A DNA stretch of 64,000 nucleotides from Octopus vulgaris (GCA_951406725.2 OX597822.1:9796001-9860000); one strand, 5' to 3'. Shown: positions 1 to 12,751, counted from the stretch's first letter. Notes: a model not told the origin generated them from the sequence alone. Translations and numbers: made by a program.

Positions 1-690
<690 letters not shown>

Positions 691-1268
691 ATCAGCAGCA
701 GCAGCCGTAAAAGCAGTAGCCGCAGCAGCAGCAGCAATAACAGTAGCAACAACAACAATAACACGACCATCGGCATTACCACCATGATCCTATCAGAATC
801 AATAGCAGGTCGAATACACACGTAGTGCCAATTCCTTCTGCGGACGAAAATCATATTTCCTCCTCCTCCTCCTCCGTAGAGTACTGGAGTTGACATAATA
901 GACAAAACCCTCTCCTATTTATCCCCACCAACCTAAATTCCTGGCTGTTCGCCCGACGCGGATTTCCTCCACAGACCAAGTTCGCATCAACTTCCTCAAG
1001 TACCACTTGAAAGGAAAGAGAGGGGAAAAATGGAGGGGCGGCCCTTAAGTGTCTTTAACGAAAAGCGGGTGAGAGTGTGTGGCAAAACGGGCAAGGCTGA
1101 AAGAGCTTATTCTAAGCATGTTCTTTTTTCTCTAAGTAGCAGAAAAGAAACTAGGTAAGGGCACTTTTGATGCATTGGAGGTGACAGAATAATCTGGGCC
1201 TGTGTGTGGAGTTCCCCCTGAGTTATCTGAGGTGGTCCTCCCACATACTGGACATTTTCTTCTTATAT

Positions 1269-1660
1269 AGGCGCAGGAGCGGCTGTATGATAACTAGCTT
1301 GCTTACAAACCACATGGTTCCGGGTTCAGTCCCACTGCGTGATACCTTGGGCAAGTATCTTCTACTATAGCCTTGGGCCGACCAAAGCCTTGTGAGTGGA
1401 TTTGGTAGACGGAAACTGAAAGAAGCCTGTCGTATATATGTATATATGTATGTGTGTATATATTTGTCTGTGTTTGTCCCCCCAACATCGCTTGATATCC
1501 GATGCTGGTGTGTTTACGTCCCCATAACTTAGCGGTTCGGCAAAAGGAACCGAGAGAATAAGTACTAGGCTTACAAAGAATGAGTCCTGGGGTCAATTTC
1601 CTCAACTAAAAGGCGGTGCTCCAGCATAGCCACAGTCAAATGACTGAAACAAATAAAAAC
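1269..1660 (+). mobile_element. SINE family A (tRNA-like head, CORE-like block, internal TA/TG repeat, LINE-derived 3' tail)
   Basis: Head ggcgcaggagcggctg...ggttccgggttcagtccc; CORE-like accttgggcaagt; tail ggcggtgctccagcat..cagtcaaatgactgaaac; more than 15 copies in the window. Confidence 0.9.
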
Positions 1661-1967
1661 ATATCATTTGGTTTTGTTAAACTTTTTGTTCTACTCGATG
1701 TAAGCTCCACATTTGTCTCTTAGATGTAAACAAAACAACACCGGTTGTCAAGTGGTGATGGTTTACATACACACACGACAGGCTTCCACACAATTTTCGT
1801 CAACCAAATTTATGCACAAGTCATTGATATCAACACCCATGGCTGTAGTAAAAGACATTTTACCAAGGTGCCGCTCGGTGGGGCCAAGCCCGAAACCACA
1901 TGGTTAGAAAGCGATCTTAACCAGACAGCTATGTCTGCGCCTATTAAAAGCAAAATGTTATTTCATT

Positions 1968-2515
1968 CCACTTCAACATGGCTATTCCGTAGGAACCGAC
2001 ATAACTGCCATTTTTAACCCCAAGAGGAACCTCTTCCAGCTGGCTATCGATGCAAACTTCACCCGATATATATTGTCAGCAGGGGAGCGAACCCCGACCA
2101 TCTTCCAGCGACTGGACCACCAGACCGTTCGGTTTCGAGCTATTTGTGCTCATCCTCAGTGGTGGACATCTGTCCGCTAGAAATAGCAGTAGTTCGCTTC
2201 CGCTCGCAAAACATACAAAAATTAAGTGCCAACCAGTCACTGATCTTGCAACAAGCAAAGTTGCTAGTTAGAAAATCTCTATTATAAGAGATGAAAGCAG
2301 TAACTATACAGAAAGGTAATGCTTACCACCACTTCAACATGGCTGTTCCATAGAACCTGACGTCACTACCGTTTGGTTGTTGCAAGATCGGTGACGGATT
2401 GTCACTCACTTTTCTATATATTGAGAACTGGAGGGGGCTCCTCCAGGGTTAAAAATGGTAGTAAAGTCGGTTCCTATGGAACAGCCATGTTGAAGTGGTG
2501 ACAAATATTACTTCT
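1968..2515 (-). mobile_element. Hammerhead-containing repeat (retrozyme-like): about 1.1 direct units of 361 bp plus an inverted, internally deleted copy
   Basis: ccacttcaacatggct recurs at 1968 and 2329; 2375-2500 is the reverse complement of parts of the unit; HHR at 2117-2165. Confidence 0.7.
2117..2165 (-). ncRNA. Type I hammerhead ribozyme
   Basis: Minus strand: CCACCA-CUGAGGA-U-GAGC(acaaaua)GCUC-GAAA-CCG(aa)CGG-UC-UGGUGG; three stems and all core nucleotides present, GUC cleavage triplet. Confidence 0.85.
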
Positions 2516-2521
2516 CGGTAT

Positions 2522-2733
2522 TACTCTTTACTCCTTTATTTGTTTCATTCATTTGACTGCTGCCATGCTGGAGCATCGCCTTTAATCGAGTAACTCGACC
2601 CCGGGACTTATTATTTTGTAAGCCCAGTACTTATTCTATCGGACTCTTTTGCCGAACCGCTAAGTAACGGGGACATAAACACACCAGCATTGGTTCTCAA
2701 GCAATGCTAGGGGGACAAATACAGACACACAAA

Positions 2734-2774
<41 letters not shown>

Positions 2775-2940
2775 GACGGGCTTCTTTCAGTTTCCGTCTA
2801 CCAAATCCACTCACAAGGCTTTGGTCGGCCCGGGGCTATAGTAGAAGACACTTGCTCAAGGTGCCACGCAGTGGGACTGAACCCGGAAGCATGTGGTTGG
2901 TAAACAAGCTACTTACCACAGAGCCACTCCTGTGCCTATA
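2522..2940 (-). mobile_element. SINE family A, full length
   Basis: Reverse complement of the 1269-1660 type. Confidence 0.9.
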
Positions 2941-3103
2941 TACAGATTTTATAACTAGCTACTTTGCTTGTTATTTCATTCATCCTATTTAACTAATTAG
3001 CTTTTATTCATAAGACATTCTGTATATGATCTCATTCAGTTATTCAATATATTCTCTTATTCCTTCATTCCACTATGTTTATTGCTCTATAATCTATGTT
3101 ACA

Positions 3104-3505
3104 TAAGGCGGCGAGCTGGCAGTAACGTTAGCACGCCGGGCGAAATGCTTACAGGTATTTCGTCTGGCTTTATGTTCTGAGTTCAAATTCCGCCGAGGTG
3201 GACTTTGTCTTTCATCCTTTCGGGGTCGATAAATTAAGTACCAGTTACGCACTAGGGTCGATGTAATCGACTTTATCCGTTTGTCTGTCCCTGTTTGTCC
3301 TCTCTATGTTTAGCCCCCTTGTGGGCAGTAAAGAAATAGGTATTTCGTCTGTCGTTACGTTCTGAGTTCAAATTCCGCCGAGGTCGACTTCGTCTTTTAT
3401 CCTTTCGGGGTCGATAAATTAAGTATCAGTTGCGTACTGGGGTCTATCTAATCGACTGGCCCCCTCCCGCAAAATTTCGGGGTCTTGTTCGTAGAGTAGA
3501 AGAGT
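3104..3505 (+). mobile_element. SINE family B (aaggcggcgagctggcag head; duplicated gccgaggtcgactttgcctttcatcctttcggggtcgataaa core)
   Basis: B-box-like gagttcaaattcc; many copies in the window. Confidence 0.85.
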
Positions 3506-3644
3506 ATAATTTATGTTACATACTGTAGCCCTTTACTTCATGTTTCATAATAAGTTTTTTGAAGTTCTTGTTTGTTTAAGAACGTTTTCCTCGTCTCTTT
3601 TAACCCGTCTCTTCGTTAGACCCTCTCTAACCGATCACTCTCTC

Positions 3645-4040
3645 TCTTTACTCTTTTACTTGTTTCAGTCATTTGACTGCGGCCATGCTGGAGCACCACC
3701 TTTAGTCGAGCAAATCGACCCCGGGACTTATTCTTTTGTAAGCCCAGTACTTATTCTATTGGTCTCTTTTGCCGAACCGCTAAGTGACGGGTACATAAAC
3801 ACACCAGCATCGGTTGTCAAGCAATGCTAGGGGGACAAACACAGACACATACACATATATATATATATATATATATATACGACAGGCTTCTTTCAGTTTC
3901 CGTCTTCCAAATCCACCCACAAGGCATTGGTCGGCCCAAGGCTATAACAGAAGACACTTGCCCAAGATGCCACGCAGTAGGACTGAACCCAGAACCATGT
4001 GGTTGGTTAGCAAGCTACTTATCACACAGCCACTCCTGTT
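3645..4040 (-). mobile_element. SINE family A, full length
   Basis: Sequence identity to the other copies. Confidence 0.9.
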
Positions 4041-4159
4041 ATTTTTTTCGTTACTTTTTGCTTTTAACCCTAGGAGTAAAACTCCACTGGCCAGTGGCTC
4101 GCATTCGGTTCCATTTCACATTTAATTCCTTTGCCATCAACATCCATATCTATTTTTCT

Positions 4160-4427
4160 TCATCATCCTCATCTTCCTCTGCCTCATCGTCGTCTTCCTC
4201 CCCCCACTTCATCTCCTTTTTCCTATTCTTCTCTAATTGACTTCTCTCTTTCGATCTCTCTCTATCCCTCTCTCTATCTCTTTCTCTTTGTTTCTCACTG
4301 ATTTTTTTCTTTCCCTCTGTTTTTGTGTATCTCTCACTCCCTTCGTCACTTTCCTCCTTCCTTGATCCCCTCTCCTTCTTCTTCTTCTTCTTCTTCTTCT
4401 TCTTCTTCTTCTTCTTCTTCTCCTTCT

Positions 4428-4459
<32 letters not shown>

Positions 4460-4899
4460 TTCTTCTTTCGATCTATCTCTCCCTGTTTGTCTTTCTATGT
4501 CTCTCTCCTTTCACCATCTCTCTCCCTCCTCCCCTCCATCTCCGCCACCCCTCCCCTCATCCCTCTCCCTCGTCCATCTCCTCTCCTCCCCTCCTCCACT
4601 TCTTCACTTCTTCTTCTTCATCTTCTTTTTCTTCTTTTCTTCATCTTCTTTTTCTTCTTTTCTTCCTCTTCTTTTTCTTCTCCCTTTAGCGTTCCCCCTT
4701 CCTCTCTCTCTCTCTCTTCCTCTCTCTCTCTCTCTCTCTCTCTTCCTCTCTCTCTCTCTCTCTCCACCTACCCTTCCACTTTTCACTCCCACCACCTCAC
4801 AACCTCTCTCTACCTGTCTTTCTTCCCATTCACTTTTACTCACTCATTTCTCTCCCTCCTTCTCCCCGCTCTCTCTCCTCCCACCTCTCTCTATCCCAA

Positions 4900-4933
<34 letters not shown>

Positions 4934-4990
4934 TCTTTCTCTCCCCTACCTCTCTCTCAGTATCCCTTGCCTTCCCAGTTCTTATCTTCC
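4160..4990. repeat. Polypyrimidine low-complexity tract with (TTC)n and (CT)n
   Basis: Direct reading. Confidence 0.9.
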
Positions 4991-5334
4991 CTGATTTCCC
5001 CATTTTGAAGAAATGCAATGCAACGGCCGAAATAACAAGATGAAATCGAGCGGATAATAAAGGAATATTTAGGTCCTGGCTCCTTACCTCTTGGCTTCGA
5101 ACGCTGACGGAGGGGGGGTGGGGGTGGCGATGTTGGTGGTAATGACTGAAGCGCTAGGGACGGACAGTGGTGGTGGTGGTGTCGTCGACAGTGATGGTAG
5201 TGAGGTGTTGGTGGTGATGAAGACGGTGCCTGCAATGGTGGTTTTTGAATGCGGAGAGGACGGCGCTGGCGACGTCGACTATGGATTGACTTATTCAAAC
5301 AGTTATCGAGACTGTTGTTACTCTTGTCGTGGAT

Positions 5335-5761
5335 GTGGTGGGGGTGGTGGTGGTGGTGGTGGTGGTGTGGTGGTGGTGGTGGTGGTGGTGGTGGTGGTGG
5401 TGTGGTGGTGGTGGTGGTGGTGGTGGTGTGTGTGTGGGGGGGGGTGATGGTGGTGGTGTGGTGGGGGTGGTGGTGGTTCGGTGGTGGTGGTGGTGGTGGT
5501 GGTGGTGGTGGTGGTAGTGGTGCGGTGGTGGTGGTGGTGTGGTGGTGGTGGTGGCGGCGGCGGTGGTGGTGGTGGTGGTGGTGTGGTGGTGGCGGTGGTT
5601 GCCGGTGTTGCTGCTGCTGCGCGTGTTATAAATAGTGGCAATTGTGATAGTGCCGACGATGGTGGTGGATATAATAACAGCGGTGGTGCTGGTCGTGGTA
5701 GTGGTGATGATAGTGTCGATTATGTAGTGGTGGTGGTTGTGATAGAAATGGTACAAATAAA

Positions 5762-5829
<68 letters not shown>

Positions 5830-5890
5830 AAGCAGCAGCAGTAGCAGTATTAGTTGTAGTATTGAGGCAATAGTCGTAGTGGTAGTAGTG
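5335..5890. repeat. (GGT)n and (GTA)n triplet repeats
   Basis: Direct reading. Confidence 0.9.
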
Positions 5891-6214
5891 AAGGCGCGTG
5901 GCTTAGTGGTTAGGGCATTCGGCTCACGATTGTAAGGTCGTGAGTTCAATTCCGGGGCGACGCGTTGTGTCCTTGAACAAGACACTTTATTTCACGTTGC
6001 TCCAGTCCGCTCAGCTGGCAAACATGAGTTGTACCTGTATTTCAAAGGGCCGGCCTTGTCACAATCTGTGTCACGCTGAATCTCCCTGAGAACTACGTTA
6101 AGGGTACACGTGTCTGTGGAATGCTCAGCCACTTGTACGCTAATTTCACGAGCAAGCTATTCCGTTGATCGTATCAACCGGAACCCTCGTCGTCGTAACC
6201 GACGGAGTGCTCCT
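5890..6214 (+). mobile_element. SINE family C (tRNA head, CORE-like block)
   Basis: A box tggcttagtgg, B box gagttcaattcc, gttgtgtccttgaacaagacact; 3' end ccctcgtcgtcgtaaccgacggagtgc. Confidence 0.85.
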
Positions 6215-6314
6215 TTTAGTGGTAATAATAGAGATGATCGTAGCAGAGAATGTTGTGGTGGTGGTTGTGATAGAAATTGACCTTATAGCAGGGTTATTGA
6301 TATTATTATTAATA

Positions 6315-7355
6315 AAGGCGGCGAGCTGGTTGAAAAGTTAGCACGCCGGGCGAAATGCCTAGCGGTATTCGTCTGCCGTTACGTTCTGAGTTCAAATTCC
6401 GGCGAGGTCGACTTTGCTTTTCATCCTTTCGGGGTCGATAAATTAAGTACTAGTTACGCACTGGAGTCGATGTAATCGACTTAATCCGTTTGTCTGTCCT
6501 TGTTTGTCCTCTCTGTGTATAGCCCCTTGTGGGTAGTAAAGAAATAGGTATTTCGTTTGTCTTTATGTTCTAAGTTCAAATTCCGCCGAGGTCGACTTTG
6601 CCTTTCATTCTTTCGAGGTCGATAAATTAAGTACCAGTTGCGTATTGGAGTCGATCTAATCGACTGGCCCCCTCTCCCAAAATTTCAGGGCCTTGTGTCT
6701 AGAGCAGAAAAGAATATTATTATTAATAAAGGCAGCGACCTGGCAGAATCGTTAGCACGCCGGACAAAATGCTCAGCGGCATTTTGCCTGTCTTTAAGTT
6801 CTGAGTTCAAATTCCGCCGCGGTCGACTTTACCTTTCAACCTTTCGGGGTCGATTAATTAAGTATCGATAAAACACTGGGGTCGATGCAATCGACTAGTC
6901 CTCTCCCACCGAATTTCCGACCTTGTGCCTGTCTGCGCTGCGTTCTGAGTTCAAATTCTGCCAAATTTGCATTTCATCCTTTTGCACTGGGGTCAATGTA
7001 ATCGACTTAAATCCTTCTCACAAATTTGAGGTCTTGTGCTTCCTTCCAGCAGAAAGAATCGTAGCACGCCGAGCAAAATGTTTAGGGGTATTTCGCCCGT
7101 CGCTACATTCTGAGTTTAAATTTCGCCGAGGTCGACTTTGCCTTTCATCCTTTGAGTCGATAAAATAATTACCCTTTATGCACTTGGATCGATGTAATCG
7201 ACTCACCCACTTACCCGCAAAATTTTCAAGGCTTTGTGCCTAGAGTAGAAATGATAATAATTATTATTGTTAATAAAGGCGGTGAGCTGGCAGAATCGTT
7301 AGCAAACCGGGCGAAATGCTTAGCGGTTTTTCGCCCGTCGGTACGTTCTGAGTTT
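6315..7355 (+). mobile_element. Tandem cluster of SINE family B copies
   Basis: Repeated heads at about 6315, 6729, 7050 and 7275. Confidence 0.85.
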
Positions 7356-8012
7356 TAAGTAGGATGTATGCGGTGCCGAGTAGTGCTATTTTCTGTATGT
7401 TAGATATACTTGTTAGTCCTGGTGTTTCTATTATGTATTTGTCTGGGTGTTTTTTTTTATCATACCTAATGCACCTACTATGATAGTGGAGGCGCAATGG
7501 CCCAGTGGTTAGGGCAGCGGACTCGCGGTCATAGGATCGCGGTTTCGATTCCCAGACCGGGCGTTGTGAGTGTTTATTGAGCGAAAACACCTAAAAGCTC
7601 CACGAGGCTCCGGCAGGGAGGGTGGTGATCCCTGCTGTACTCTTTCACCACAACTTTCTCTTACTTCCTGTTTCTGTTGTACCTGTATTTCAAGGGGCCG
7701 GCCTTGTCACTCTCTGTGTCACGCTGAATATCCCTGAGAACTACGTTAAGGGTGCACGTGTCTGTGGAGTGCTCAGCCACTTACACGTTAATTTCACGAG
7801 CAGGCTGTTCCGTTGATTCGGATTAACCGGAACCCTCATCGTCGTAACCGACGGAGTGCTTCTCTCTCTCTCTCTATTATGATAGGAATTGTTTGTTTTT
7901 AGACTCCACATTCGAGTTACCTCTGTTTCCAGGTCTTTGTACTTTGAAAGTTTCTTCATTTCTTTTAGAGAAACGTTGTCATCTGTTGGTATCGATATAT
8001 CGATTAGAAAAC
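7352..8012 (-). mobile_element. C-terminal fragment of an RLE-type (R4/Dong-like) non-LTR retrotransposon, split by a SINE
   Basis: Minus-strand peptides IDISIPTDDNVSLKEMKKLSKYKDLETEVTRMWSLK, IIVGALGMIKK and IQKIALLGTAYILLK; abuts (ATT)n. Confidence 0.7.
7487..7873 (+). mobile_element. SINE family D with target-site duplication
   Basis: tRNA head ggaggcgcaatggcccagtggttagggc...ggtttcgattccc; TSD ctactatgatag (7475-7486) / ctattatgatag (7874-7885). Confidence 0.9.
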
Positions 8013-8662
8013 ATTATTATTATTATTATTAGTAGTAGTAGTAGTAGTAGTAGTTGTAGTAGCAGCAGCAGCAGCAGCAGCAGCGACAGTAGTAGTAGTA
8101 ACGTTGTACAACTTGTTAGTGTTATTGGTGGTGGTTGTGGCCATGGTGGCATGGTGATATGAATAGTGGTGGCCGTTTATGTAGCGCTGGAAATAAAGAT
8201 TATAATGGCCTTTGTGTTTATTAACGGTATAGAGAGTGCTGTCTAGCCTGACCAGCCCCGGATTACACTCGATCGGGTGGACCTATGATCAAAGGCATTT
8301 CAATTGTGATTAACCCGAGTCTTTTCCGATAGGTAAGAGAACACTAGACTCCGTTATCCGTCGTATACTTTTCTAAGACGTCAGCGTGTGATTTGAGGAC
8401 ATTTGGCAAACGTTTATTTATTTATTGAACTGTTCATTAATTGATTTAAATATTCATTTCATTATTTGTCATAAGGGATCGAGACATATCAATGCAAAAC
8501 TAGAATGAAAGTTAATTAAAGGACTTACAAAGACATGAGGGGTAGGTTACACGTGTTACATAAAACTTGTATAGGAACGAGTATGAGAAGAACATACAAA
8601 TAACTGCACAAAAAAGAGAATAAATTAAAAGCACCCAATAATTTAAACTTTATTTAAAATTA

Positions 8663-9057
8663 TCTTTATATATAAAAGAGAGGTTATGTGCTGTCTGTCT
8701 CCTACGATTTAGATTCCTAACTACTCCCACATTTTGCGGTGCAGTTTAACTAAAACCGGGTATCTTATAGTCGTGATTCATATCGAGCCCTTCTGGGTAT
8801 TAGCGCGCGTCTACGATGAGTCTACGATTTAAAAAAAAAATTACCATCAATTTTTCTCATTTTTAATGCATTTTTGGCATTTATAAGGGAAGTAACTCTC
8901 TAAAATTTAGTAATTGAATCTCAGATCGTAAAAAGCTACAGTAACACCCCCCCTTGTGGTTAGCCATATTGAGATGGCTATTATACTTTACATCTCTAAA
9001 AATGCTTATATAGTTATTTCCCTTACAAACCCGAGCAACGCCGGGCGATACTGCTAG
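8663..9057 (+). mobile_element. Non-autonomous Helitron (395 bp)
   Basis: 5' TC, subterminal GC hairpin cccgagcaacgccggg, 3' CTAG, inserted between A and T; second copy at 39845-40239. Confidence 0.85.
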
Positions 9058-10904
9058 TATATTATAAGAAGAGTAAGGTAAGTTGTAATATGTTTGTCAC
9101 ATATTTCAACTGCTAAAAGGCAAACACTCTGCAGTCACTGTGGAGAAAAATAGTTTCTTACGGTAAAAAGGGTTGAAAACACCCGGTTCGTTTAGTGTCA
9201 CCATCTATTAGGAATCCCAGGCATCGATGTTTCGAGTTTTTTTTACTCTTGTCAATGAGATGTACTTGGGAAAGGTAACTCTGAACGAACTTAATAAAGC
9301 CATAGCTTTATATATAATTCAGTCAACACATTGACTGGTTTGTGACAAGAAAATCGCCCGACCGAGGTAAATAACGAAGTGTCAGCACGAAGTATATGCA
9401 GAAGTTGAAATATGTTTGTCATATATTTCTACTACTAAAAGTTACCGAGGAGAAAAGATCTCTCTTACAGGTGCTAACAGTAAAGATCACGTATTTTTTT
9501 CTCCTTCATTACAGGACAGAAAATCCGAATGAGGTTCGTATTCTAACATACGTATAGGCTATTTGTTTCCCATTATGATGCAAACATGCACCTCATTCCT
9601 GAATTAAATAGGGTCTGGGATCGTTAGCTGGTCTGCAATATATCTTCAACGTGTACCTGATGATGGTCATTTGTCCAACGTCGTTACCAGCCGCTCCAGG
9701 TCCGTTTCACTGGCACCTCCAACAGCGTGATCTTGTATGTTCACTGTTCCATTATGTTGAGAAGAGGGGGAACTCTTCTAAGAAGCCTATAAATTTGGAG
9801 ATCTTACTTATAACCTCTTCACATAAGTTTGTAAACCTCACTGTGTCATAGTGGCTGTTTCTTTTTTTTACTGGATGGTCAGTGTGTTCTTCATCTTGAA
9901 CTGAATTGGGGCCGAAACAGTTAAACGGTCAGCATTCTCAGCTTCTATTCCGATCAATAGCATAACAGAAAAATAAATGTTAGAAAATGTGTTGAGTCGA
10001 GAACACAAAGTTTCTCTTGAAAATAATGTTGAAGGCGTGCTTGTTTATGGCTCCTCTACCATCATTGTGACGATTACCTCTTACCGCCACTTCTACGAAA
10101 GCTCTTTTGCCATACGTGTTAATCCTGAAAATGTATTTATCAAAACTGTTAAGATAAACTTTTTCTCCACCTCCCCACTCCAGATAATAGGGGTAGACGT
10201 TCTGAAACTCTTTGGCAGTAAGAAGACACCCAGCCCTCAAAAAGAAAAGAAAAGAAAAAAGAATTTTCTTTCATAAGTTAATTTAAGAAAAAATATTTTC
10301 TAAGCAAAGCCCTGTTCAGTAAAGAGCAGTAGTAGTAGTAGCAGTAGTAGTAGTAGCAGCAGTAGTAGTAGCAGCAACAACTTATGTACAGAATGTGAGA
10401 TTAAGCCTTTCTAAATGAATTCGTTACAGTAATCACTTGCACTATGCATCTAATATCATTAAATTAAATCCTTAATGAGAGCGACTAATTAGATGCACTG
10501 AAACTTAGCTGGACTAAAATGCCAAACAACATTTAGGCTTATATAAAGCTTTTCTCTCACAATTTTGTATTCCCAATCTGTCTGGAATTTAGCTGTCACC
10601 CTTAAAGATTCGGGGGAAGTAAATAGCTGTAATATATGTGGTGTGATTTCTACTGATTTATGCCTTTATTTCAAAACAAAGGTGAAGGACTTCATGTAAG
10701 CATTATGGTTATAGAACTGCTAAATATAGTAATGAATTCACCCTCCTCAAACACTGTTAATCAATGAGTGTTCTCCGTCACAGCTGACCCAGGGTTAAAC
10801 AGCACTGCATTTACGTCAACATCATTACCAGCTACCCAACGTCAGCTGCAATAACTGCATAGCCACCCATACCACTATCAACAAAACGTGCCAAAGCCTC
10901 TTCA

Positions 10905-11115
10905 GGGTCACTTATCTTGCTAGAAATAACAGCCAAATTTCCCATAATCATACGTTACTGTCTTCAAAACAAAATGACGGTAGTCCTAGATACATTTCTG
11001 TCTAAAAAGATAAAGTTATAGAAAAGAAAGTGGGAAAAATGGCTTCCGGGTCACTGTTGAAATGCTTTTGATCAGAGACGGTCCTGTTCAATCAGGGCTG
11101 ACCTGAGACTAAACG
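10905..11115. repeat. Unclassified old interspersed repeat (gctagaaatarcagccaaat family)
   Basis: Related segments at about 8240-8408 (opposite strand), 25748-25770 and 42030-42205. Confidence 0.5.
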
Positions 11116-11530
11116 ACGGCGGCGAAGCCAACAACAACAACAACAAAGAAAGCAGTCTTTTGCCGAGCCAAAATAAATCAGATTAAATGAAAAATTTAAT
11201 GGAAAGTCCAGGCCGGGTATTATCGCAGCTCGAGCGAGACCTCCTTCACATAGATTTCCTTGGATTAAAAACCTTGTGTTTCCTGCTGAAAAACACGGAT
11301 CCACACAAATCCCCAGCCTTGTGCCGCTGGTTGGAATGTATCCTGGGGTGAAAAAAGAAAAAAAGAACGAAAAGGAAAGAGAGAGAGAGAGAGAGAGGGG
11401 GGAGAGGGGGAGACGGGGGAGGCATTAAGTCAATTAACTAAAGGAATGAAGGAAATGAGAAATAGAAAGAAAGAAAGACGAGAACAAACAAAATTGAATG
11501 CGAAAGAAACAGACGTAAAGAAAACTCTAA

Positions 11531-11850
11531 ATACACATATACACACACACAAAAATATATATGCACACACATGCACGCATATATACATACACACACATAT
11601 ACACACATACATACCCCCACATACATGAATATACACATATACACACACAAACATATATATGTGCACACATGCACGCATATATATACATACACACACATAT
11701 ACACACATACATACCCCCACATACATGAATATACACATATACACACACAAAAATATATATGTACACACATGCACGCATATATACATACACACACATATAC
11801 ACACATACATACCACCACATACATGAATATACACATATACACACACAAAC
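11531..11850. repeat. Minisatellite of about 100 bp, 3 units, built from CA/TA microsatellite
   Basis: catacc(c/a)ccacatacatgaat recurs at about 11610, 11710 and 11808. Confidence 0.85.
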
Positions 11851-12143
11851 GTACACACTCACACATATATACTTACACTCCCCCCCCCACTCCCACACAC
11901 ACATAAAGCAGCAACAACAGCAGCAGCAGCAACTACAACAACAACAACAACTGATGAAAAGCGAAGTGGAAAATGTAAGGAAATGAGTGATTGATCTCAC
12001 AGACTTACTTTTGGATCCTTTGGGAGAGGTTGCGTTTCACGTCTTTTCTTTCACTTCCCCACCTTCGCTCTCTCTCCCCCTTTCTCTCCTCATCATTCTC
12101 GTAATTTCTCTCTCTCTCCACCTCCTTGCTTCTCTTTCTGTGA

Positions 12144-12181
<38 letters not shown>

Positions 12182-12214
12182 GTCTGTCTGTCTGTCTGTC
12201 TTCCTTTCTACGCA

Positions 12215-12408
12215 TACTCTTTTACTTGTTTCAGTCATTTGACTGCGGCCATGCTGGAGCACCGCCTTTAGTCGATCAAATCGACCCCGGGACTTATTCT
12301 TTGTAAGTCCAGTACTTATTCGATCGGTCTCTTGTGCCGAACCGCTAAGTGACGGGGACATAAACACACCAGCATCGGTTGTCAAGCAATGCTAGGGGGA
12401 CAAACACA

Positions 12409-12458
<50 letters not shown>

Positions 12459-12630
12459 CATATATACGACAGGCTTCTTTCAGTTTCCGTCTACCAAATC
12501 CACTCACAAGGCATTGGTCGGCCCGGGGCTATAGCAGAAGACACTTGCCCAAGATGCCAAGCAGTGGGACTGAACCCGGAACCATGTGGTTGGTTAGCAA
12601 GCTACTTACCACACAGCCACTCCTGCGCCT
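12215..12630 (-). mobile_element. SINE family A, full length, little diverged
   Basis: Near-consensus copy. Confidence 0.9.
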
Positions 12631-12690
12631 ATGTATGTATTTACATGTATGTATTTAGTATGTGCCTTTGTGTGTGTGTAATTTATGTAA

Positions 12691-12721
<31 letters not shown>

Positions 12722-12751
12722 TATGTAAATTGATACATACACTTATATATA

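Noticed and set aside
5890-5960. tRNA-like sequences (also 7487, 19448 and others)
   Set aside because: SINE heads continuing into SINE bodies; no complete cloverleaf with terminator
9657-10276. Unique sequence with ORFs 9977-10276 (+) and 9980-10240 (-) and splice-like signals
   Set aside because: No recognisable domain and stops in all extended frames; could be UTR but unsupported
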